A stretch of DNA of 64,000 nt from Longimicrobiales bacterium (lineage in GTDB: Bacteria; Gemmatimonadota; Gemmatimonadetes; Longimicrobiales; Gaopeijiaceae): positions 128,001 to 192,000 of the forward strand of contig CBDCKN010000013.1 in the NCBI GenBank assembly GCA_965218295.1, written 5' to 3'. The translations under genes were made by a program, and so were the position numbers. The notes under the pieces were generated by a model, which saw only the letters and a list, made by a program, of their open reading frames with translations, was not told where the DNA came from and searched no databases. Position 1 is the stretch's first letter. The number at the start of each line of letters is the position of its first letter. Positions 57,561 through 64,000 of this stretch are shown piece after piece.

Positions 57561-58943
57561 ATGCCGCTGACCGACACCGCCATCCGAAAGGCCAAGCCCC
57601 GCGACAAGCCGCGCAAGCTCTACGACAGCCGCGGCCTGTACCTCGAGATCGCCCCGCGCGGCACCAAGGCTTGGCGCTTCAAGTACCGCTTCGCCGACAG
57701 AGAGAAGCGGATCTCCATGGGGATCTATCCCGAGGTCTCGCTGAAGCTCGCCCGCGAGCGGCGCGACGATTCCCGCAAGCTGCTGGCCCGGGACATCGAC
57801 CCGAGCGCCTACCGGAAGGCGCAGAAGCAGTCGAAGCGGCAATGGGCCAGGAACAGCTTCGAGGCCGTGGCCGCTGAATGGCTCGGCAAGCACTCGCCGA
57901 ACTGGTGCGCGAGCTACGCTCGGCGACTCGAGCGCGATCTGGGTAAGGATGTCTTCCCGTGGATCGGAGAGAAGCCGGTCGCGGAGCTCACGGCACCGGA
58001 GCTGCTGGCCGCGCTGCGCCGCATCGAAGCCCGCGGCACCCTGGACACGGCGCATCGCACGCTTCAGGTCTGTGGGCGGGTGCTGCGCTATGCGGTGGCA
58101 ACGGGCCGAGCGGAGCGGGACGTGTCGGGGGACCTGCGCGGAGCCTTCCCTCCGGTGAAGCGGAAGCACTTCCCGGTGATCACCGACCCGAAGGAGGTCG
58201 GCCCGCTTCTCCGGCTCCTCGACGGCTACCCGGGCACGCTGCCGGTGCGGTGCGCCCTGCGTCTGGTGCCGCTGCTCTTCGTGCGGCCCGGCGAATTGCG
58301 CAAGGCCGAATGGGCCGACATCGACCTCGATGGAGCCGAGTGGCGCTACACGGCGACCAAGACCGACACGCCGCATGTGGTCCCGCTGGCGCGTCAGGCG
58401 GTCGAGATCCTTCGCGAGTTGCATCCCGTGACGGGGCACCACCGCTACGTGTTCCCGAATGCGCGCTATCGGCAACGCGACCGGACGATGAGCAACACCA
58501 CCTTTTGGGGGGCGTTCCGGGCCTTGGACATCCCTCCGGAACGGATGACGCCGCATGGCTTCCGGGCGATGGCGCGCACCATCTTGGACGAGGTGCTGGG
58601 CTTCCGGCCCGACTTGATCGAGCACCAGCTGGCCCACCGGGTCAGGGACCCCAACGGCCGGGCCTACAACCGGACGGCGTTCCTGCCCGAGCGCCGCGTG
58701 ATGATGCAGGCCTGGGCCGACTATCTGGACCGGCTCAGGGCCGGGGAAGAGATCGAGGCGACTCACGGAACCGGGGCTTTCCGAAATACCAACGTCGCCG
58801 GGGATCCCGGAACACCAACTCACGGCCCGCCGGTCCCGGTAGCTGGAGCCGTGCCTCCCACGGTCGGCCCTGTCCCCAGCTCCCCGCCCGGGTCCTTCGC
58901 GGTAGCGCCGACACACCGGCTGGACGGTCGGCGAACTGGGTGA
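57561..58943 (+). CDS. P4-like tyrosine integrase with arm-DNA-binding domain
   Basis: MPLTDTAIRKAKP..GLYLEI..WRFKYRF..GIYPEVSL, VRPGELR, K, HGFR, QLAH, AYNR; catalytic residues intact; low-complexity Pro-rich tail. Confidence 0.96.
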   Translation: MPLTDTAIRKAKPRDKPRKLYDSRGLYLEIAPRGTKAWRFKYRFADREKRISMGIYPEVSLKLARERRDDSRKLLARDIDPSAYRKAQKQSKRQWARNSFEAVAAEWLGKHSPNWCASYARRLERDLGKDVFPWIGEKPVAELTAPELLAALRRIEARGTLDTAHRTLQVCGRVLRYAVATGRAERDVSGDLRGAFPPVKRKHFPVITDPKEVGPLLRLLDGYPGTLPVRCALRLVPLLFVRPGELRKAEWADIDLDGAEWRYTATKTDTPHVVPLARQAVEILRELHPVTGHHRYVFPNARYRQRDRTMSNTTFWGAFRALDIPPERMTPHGFRAMARTILDEVLGFRPDLIEHQLAHRVRDPNGRAYNRTAFLPERRVMMQAWADYLDRLRAGEEIEATHGTGAFRNTNVAGDPGTPTHGPPVPVAGAVPPTVGPVPSSPPGSFAVAPTHRLDGRRTG

Positions 58944-58964
58944 TCCGCCGCCTGGCAGCGGCGT

Positions 58965-59263
58965 TGAAAACCCTTCCCGGAGGGATATCTGGCCGGGAGC
59001 GACCCCGCCGGGGAGGGTGGCAGGTGCGTGCACATGTCAACCCTCCCCGATGCCGTACCAGGCATCCCGAAGGGGGGGTCGCTCCCTTCTTCGGCCGAAA
59101 GCTCCGGAGCGGCGTCGCAGCTCCGGCGGCCGTGCCGCAACTGCAAGACAGCCAGGCACATAAGGGAGCGCTGGCGCGCACATGAAAATGGCGTTTCGGT
59201 GCACATGCACCCCGTTGTCTGATGTGCACTCCCCGATCAGCACCGACCCTCGCCGCTCCGCGT
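58965..59263 (-). repeat. Structured element, copy 2 (inverted)
   Basis: GGGAGCGACCCC 58995-59006 / GGGGTCGCTCCC 59075-59086, GATGCC-N6-GGCATC hairpin, GGGGAGGGT/ACCCTCCCC stem. Confidence 0.85.
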
Positions 59264-59745
59264 TCAAAGTCCGCCTCCAGGGAGCCGTCTCGAGCGCCAT
59301 GTCGTGAGGGGCCGGATGCAGTGGCCCAGTGCACGAGGATCGTGCGGGCCCGCTCCAGGTTGCCGCGGGTCCGGACGACCGCCACGACCTCGATGGACCG
59401 GCCACGCTCCCTCAGCGCCTTCCAAAGGCCGCGATGCACGTTGCTATCAGGAGCGGAGCGCCGTGGTGGTCTGGTGGCCCGGATCGACGTAGACGAACAC
59501 GGCGCGCTCGGCTTCCAACGCGACCGGCAGCTTGAGCGGGCAATAGCAGCGCGTGTTTCCGGCCGCCCCCTTCGGCGTCCCTCGGGGCACCGAGCGCCCG
59601 GTAGAACCCGCGCCCGTGGATCCGGCACCCGCGGCCGATACGGGTGATGCCCGGCGGATTCTCTTCGGCGGCCACGCCATGCGCGACGAGGGCACGGACA
59701 GCGCAGCGCACTTCTCGGTGTGTGGCAACCCAGAAAGCTGGTCCA
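59264..59745 (-). pseudogene. Decayed paralogue of the 55388-56323 protein
   Basis: Across frames: CRIHGRGFYRALGA, GAAGNTRCYCPLKLPVALEAERAVFVYVDPGHQT, HRGLWKALRERGRSIEVVAVV, WRSRRLPGGGL*. Confidence 0.85.
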
Positions 59746-59754
59746 CTGCGCCCG

Positions 59755-59942
59755 GGACCGACTTCATCGAGCACCAGCTGGCCCACGCGGTCAGGGATCC
59801 CAACGGCCGGGCCTACAACCGGACGGCGTTCCTGTCCGAACGCAGGGGAATGATGCAGGAGTGGGCAGACTACCTGGACCGGCTCAGGGCCGGGGAAGAG
59901 GCCGAGCCAGGGACACCGACTCGGCCGTTGGTGAATCGGTGA
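59755..59942 (+). pseudogene. 3' fragment of a second P4-like integrase
   Basis: DFIEHQLAHAVRDPNGRAYNRTAFLSERRGMMQEWADYLDRLRAGEE, near-identical to 58610-58750. Confidence 0.92.
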
Positions 59943-59964
59943 TCCGCCAGTTCGCATCGGTGCA

Positions 59965-60235
59965 GAACAGCCTTCCCGCACGGGACATCTGGTTGGGAGC
60001 GACCCACCGGGGAGGTCGGCAGGGGCGTGCCCATGCCAACTCTCCCCGATGCCGATCCAGGCATCCCAAAGGGGTGGGTCGCTCCCGACCACGGCCTCAA
60101 GGCTTGGATCGGCATCGCCGCTGCGGCCACCGTGACCCAACCGCAAGGCGACCAGCGACATAGGGAATCGTCGGCATGCCCATGGGAAGGGCAGTTTCCG
60201 TGCCCATGCACCCCGATGTCTCATGTGCACGCACG
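59965..60235 (-). repeat. Structured element, copy 3 (inverted)
   Basis: GGGAGCGACCCACC 59995-60008 / GGTGGGTCGCTCCC 60073-60086, with the same internal hairpins. Confidence 0.85.
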
Positions 60236-60487
60236 GCTCGGCCCCGGGCCCCAAGCGATTTGCGGTCAACACCCCCTCCGGGGACACGGGCGCGAACCGC
60301 AAACCCTCGCTAATGGCTGTGATCACCCTTTCCGCATCGGGCAGTCGAACCACAGAGCCAAGCCCCCTGGCCGGTTTCCAACGCTCGACGAAACAATAGC
60401 GGACCAGTTCACCCACACAGGGTCAGCAGCACTTCCCAGCTTGCTCATCGGAGCTTCAGTGAACAACCTCCCTAGCGTTCACAGCTT

Positions 60488-60660
60488 GGCGACATGCGGA
60501 AGCGCCGGCGTGCCCATCGGAAAGGCGATTTCGTGTGCATCCCCCCCGAAGTCCGATGGGCACCGTTCGATCGGCATCGCCCTCCGGCGACCGGCGGTCA
60601 TAATCCATCTCCGGGAGCCGGCTCGATCGCCATACGATAAAGCCGTCGATCATAGCGCGG
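60488..60660 (-). repeat. Structured element, copy 4 (partial), with the last codons of a third paralogue of the ICE protein
   Basis: AMIDGFIVWRSSRL vs AMIDGFTVWRSTRL, then TGACCGCCGG..GTGCCCAT..CACGAAATCGC..GATGGGCACGCCG..TTCCGCATGTCGC as in copy 1. Confidence 0.8.
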
Positions 60661-60780
60661 CGCATCAACGGGGTGCGCGCCGTGCGCCGGACCTCGAGAC
60701 TCTCCGCTGTCTCCTGGTTGACCCACCCGCGCGCCATGCACGAGCCGGGACGCTGGCTGCTTCAAGGCTCTTGTCCGGGA

Positions 60781-63411
60781 TCAATGCCAGGAGATGGTCA
60801 CGGTCATGGATATCGTCCGGGGCGCGCCCAGCCAGGCAGCGTTCTCGGTGATCGCGGACAGATAGGGGCTGTCGAGTACGTTGTTCGCCACGATCGAGAA
60901 CTCCGTCGCCCGGAACAGATCGCTCAACGCTTCGCCGCTGAAGCTGACGTAGGCGTCTACCACCCAGTAGGCGTCGGTGTACCAGTCCGCCGTCAGACTG
61001 ACGCGGCGCGATGCCGTGTATTTCGCAGACAGCCCGCCACCCAGGGGTCCGGTGCGGTCGAGGGACACGACCCACAGCCGAGGCGGCACGCCCGTAACGT
61101 CGGTACCCGGGACAATGCCCTGGCTGGCGTCAACGAGCGGATCGTCGGTCCCGACGTATTTAGAGTCGTTGAGCGTGAGAGCGGTGTAGAGCGATGTCCG
61201 ACCCGGTATCGCCACCGTGGCGGCCAACTCGACACCACTCGTTTCGATGCCGCCCGCGTTGAAGTAGGCCCCTCCTCCGGGGATGAGGTAGTTGGGTCCT
61301 GCGGACGTCTGCGGGCCAAGGTAGAAGATCCGGTTGTCAAAATCGATGGAATACAGGGTGGCGCTCAAGGCGAGCCGCTTGCCGGAGTATTGAACCCCGA
61401 CATCGATGTTCGACGCGGTCTCGGGCTCGAGAAGGTCCAAACTGCGGCCCGGGACCTCGAGCAACGTGCTGCTGATCGCCCTGAAGTTCTCGGCGTAGCC
61501 CGCGAACAGGTCGAGGCCCTCGACCGGCGTCTCGTAGGTGACGCCACCGGAGAAGAGCAGCTCCGAATCGGAATCGACACCAAGGTCCCGATCAATGCCG
61601 AACTGGTCCTCGCGCGACACGGAGACAAGGTACTGCTTGACGCCGCCGGCCAATTCGAGCGGGCCGAAGTACAGCGTCTCCTCCACGTACCACTTGAACA
61701 CGTCCTGCGGAAAGTCCCACTCGTACTGGTGCCAATAGGCCTGCTCGTCCCACTTGAAGTTGAGCGCAGGGTCCAGCATCCGGTGCCAGTCCCGGCCGAG
61801 GTCGCGCCGCGAGTCCTCGTACCAGATGCCCGTGCGCAGTGCGCTGCCCGCTCCCCCGCCGAACGGAACGGACCACTCTGCGTCGATGTTCGCGCCGAGG
61901 CGATTCTTGCCGTAGTGGCTGTGGCGGTACGACTGTACCGCGGTCGCCCCCGGGTGGCATGCCGGGTCGACCTCCGGGCCGCCCGACCCATAGTAGTTGA
62001 AGATGTAGGACGACGTGCATCCCGGCACGGGTCCAACGGCGACGCCGTTGCCGTCTACGAAGCGGATTACTCCGAGTTGGCTGCCGCCCCGCACCGGCGC
62101 ACGGCCCGCCAGCTCCGACTCCGGTCCATCCCCGTCGTCCGCCACGTCCACGATGTAGGGGGGCAACCAGTCGCCGCGCCCCGAGTTGCGATGGTGGTAT
62201 GCGCCCGCGCTCAGGGAGACCAACTCGCTGACGGACCAGTCGGCCTTGAGGTAGGCGAGCGTGTTCTTGCGCCGCGTCTGCCAGCCGGGCCGGTAGAACT
62301 GGTTCAGGTAGGGCACGCCGGGCCAGTGGCCGACCAGCCGGTCCCAGCGCGGATCGGCCCTGAAGTCGGCCTCGCCGTAGAGCCTTTGGTAGACATCCTC
62401 GTGGATGTCGTCGTGCGAGATGTAGCCGGTGAGATCGAGAGGTCCGTGCGAAGACACGATCTTGGCGGCGAGGTGCTCCCGCTCGTTCCTTGCGGAGCCC
62501 TCCATCCAGTCGGTCGCCTCCTGCCGGACCGCGGCGACCCAGGCCCGCGTCGTGCCGCCGAACAACGATCCGGTCTCGATACGCGCGGCGAACCGCTGGC
62601 CCTCGTTCTCGCCGATCGTGACGGACGCCGTGTGGCTCTGCTCGACCGCCGGGTCGGCCGTCAAGAAATTGAGCGTGCCGCCCAGCGCCTCGACCGACCG
62701 GGAGGCGATGTCGGCGGTCCCCTGCGACACCTCGACCCCACCGAGGTTCATCGGGTCGACGAACCGGTTCGCCTTCGCGCCGCTCCAGTAGTCCGACGTG
62801 CCATTGGGGAATCCGTCGATGGTGGTACCGATCTGTGCATCGTTGATGGTCGATTGGAACCCGCGCATGACGACGCTGCTCGACCAGTCGTCAAAGGCGT
62901 ACGCGTCCCCCTCTTGGACGGACACGCCGGGAAGGTTGTCGATCACCGACGTCACAGAGGTCATGTTCGACTGCTGCCTGATCATCGGCTCCGCCACGAA
63001 ATTGCGCGCGAAGACCGTGGGCTCCTCCGCCACCACGCTGATTGGATCGAGCTGGAAAGCGGGCTCAAGAACGATCGGGACCGTTTCGACTGCACCCGCG
63101 CGGACGGTGACCCGAAGCTCCCGGGGCGCATAGCCGAACAGGGTAGCGGTTACGAGGTGGTCACCGGCCGCGAGACCGGTGAATTCGTATGTGCCGTCGG
63201 CTTCCGTGACGACTTCCGCGTCCACGCCGGAACCGGTCGCCGTCACCAGGACACCGGGCAAGGCGTCGCCGAACACGTCCACGACCGTGCCCCTGATCGT
63301 ACCGGTTGTCTGGGCGGTAGCGGTCGCCGTGGCCAATAGCCACAGCAGAAAGGTCGCGATCGAGAGTCGGACAACGCGGTGAGCGAGCGAAACCGTAACC
63401 TCCGGGTACAT
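60781..63411 (-). CDS. TonB-dependent receptor
   Basis: GGAGG SD, signal peptide, CarboxypepD_reg-like domain, plug (NLPGV..MRGF..IDG..VEVSQG..LGGTLNF), LEPET, ANNVLD..Y, GAPRT. Confidence 0.92.
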   Translation of the reverse strand: MYPEVTVSLAHRVVRLSIATFLLWLLATATATAQTTGTIRGTVVDVFGDALPGVLVTATGSGVDAEVVTEADGTYEFTGLAAGDHLVTATLFGYAPRELRVTVRAGAVETVPIVLEPAFQLDPISVVAEEPTVFARNFVAEPMIRQQSNMTSVTSVIDNLPGVSVQEGDAYAFDDWSSSVVMRGFQSTINDAQIGTTIDGFPNGTSDYWSGAKANRFVDPMNLGGVEVSQGTADIASRSVEALGGTLNFLTADPAVEQSHTASVTIGENEGQRFAARIETGSLFGGTTRAWVAAVRQEATDWMEGSARNEREHLAAKIVSSHGPLDLTGYISHDDIHEDVYQRLYGEADFRADPRWDRLVGHWPGVPYLNQFYRPGWQTRRKNTLAYLKADWSVSELVSLSAGAYHHRNSGRGDWLPPYIVDVADDGDGPESELAGRAPVRGGSQLGVIRFVDGNGVAVGPVPGCTSSYIFNYYGSGGPEVDPACHPGATAVQSYRHSHYGKNRLGANIDAEWSVPFGGGAGSALRTGIWYEDSRRDLGRDWHRMLDPALNFKWDEQAYWHQYEWDFPQDVFKWYVEETLYFGPLELAGGVKQYLVSVSREDQFGIDRDLGVDSDSELLFSGGVTYETPVEGLDLFAGYAENFRAISSTLLEVPGRSLDLLEPETASNIDVGVQYSGKRLALSATLYSIDFDNRIFYLGPQTSAGPNYLIPGGGAYFNAGGIETSGVELAATVAIPGRTSLYTALTLNDSKYVGTDDPLVDASQGIVPGTDVTGVPPRLWVVSLDRTGPLGGGLSAKYTASRRVSLTADWYTDAYWVVDAYVSFSGEALSDLFRATEFSIVANNVLDSPYLSAITENAAWLGAPRTISMTVTISWH

Positions 63412-63669
63412 AGTACCTCCCAACTAAGACCAGCTAGCAGCGCACGGTAAACCAATATAGGCAGCTTGCGAAACCTCCGCGCTCCCGCGCGCCGATCCCG
63501 GCGGCCCCGTGGGGCCGGTGATGCTCGGAACCGTGCCGCCCTTGCCTAACCGACCCGGTTGGGGCCCGCGCGGCCCAACCGGGCAGCAACGCCACTTGTT
63601 CGAGCATCGCCCGCGTCTTCTTCCCGACCGCAGGCGTTTGCTCCGCGCATATTCCCCGGGTAAGCCCGG

Positions 63670-64000
63670 TCAGTTCCCTCGACAGCCTGCGCTGGCTCGA
63701 CGGCCCGGTGGAAGCGGATGAGACCTAAAGTGGCGGACTTGGCCGGAACAACCACGAGAGCAAGAAGCTCCCGGCCTGGCCGGGGCCGATGCGGAAGACG
63801 ACGGCGGTCGGAGCGAAGGTGGGGAGACCAAGCAGGCGGAGGCGCGGGGCATCGAGCAGGGGTGGCCAGGCCATGAGCGCCTTCGGGACGACCACGCCCG
63901 CAGACGGCGCGATGGTCTACACGGACTGTTCCAGTGCCGTGTCGGGGCCGGGAGAACCACGAGGTGGCCACTCACAGCGTGGGCGGGTACGTCCGGGGAA
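63670..64000 (+). pseudogene. Degenerate IS1595-family (ISXO2-like DDE) transposase, runs off the window
   Basis: LDSLRWLDGPVEADET*SGG..N.HESKKL, DGAMVYTD, HEVATHSVGGYVRG; in-frame stop and frameshifts. Confidence 0.8.

Noticed and set aside
58995..60086. Exact 1000-bp offset between element copies 2 and 3
   Set aside because: The intervening sequence is deletion-riddled and the copies are diverged, so the round number is coincidental rather than a periodicity or assembly duplication
63412..63670. Cobalamin or TPP riboswitch upstream of the TonB receptor
   Set aside because: No B12-box or TPP (CUGAGA) core in the sense strand; only one generic GC hairpin

Overview
GC-rich bacterial chromosome segment, probably Gemmatimonadota (inferred from gene content and order, not from a database search). 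1-23.3 kb is a co-directional minus-strand core block: the dcw cluster (mraZ-rsmH-ftsL-ftsI-murE-murF-mraY-murD-ftsW-murG-murC-ftsQ-ftsA-ftsZ) running on into an M23 peptidase, a vWA membrane protein, ftsY, recG and asnS. 23.7-41.2 kb holds envelope, signalling and metabolic genes: TPR/CsgG-like proteins, two histidine kinases, an ECF sigma/anti-sigma/triple DUF4097 operon, glpQ-glpD, an ABC ATPase with a Fur-like box and a cyclase. From tRNA-Val (41.3 kb) onward the window is a decayed accessory region. It contains integrase and gene remnants, a RAPP-motif leader ORF ahead of a TonB receptor, tRNA-Ile2, and a VirB4/B9/B10/B5/B6/B8 conjugation cluster truncated at both ends. A P4-type integrase begins where virD4 breaks off and is followed by tandem cassette remnants. 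The most notable signal is a ~300-nt multi-helix element with compensatory base changes, present in four diverged copies. In three copies it lies directly downstream of the stop codon of an uncharacterised wHTH-like protein gene or its remnant, and in two it lies convergent to a tyrosine integrase 3' end. This suggests an undescribed relaxase/oriT (or protein/ncRNA) module shared between an ICE and integrase-only satellite elements.
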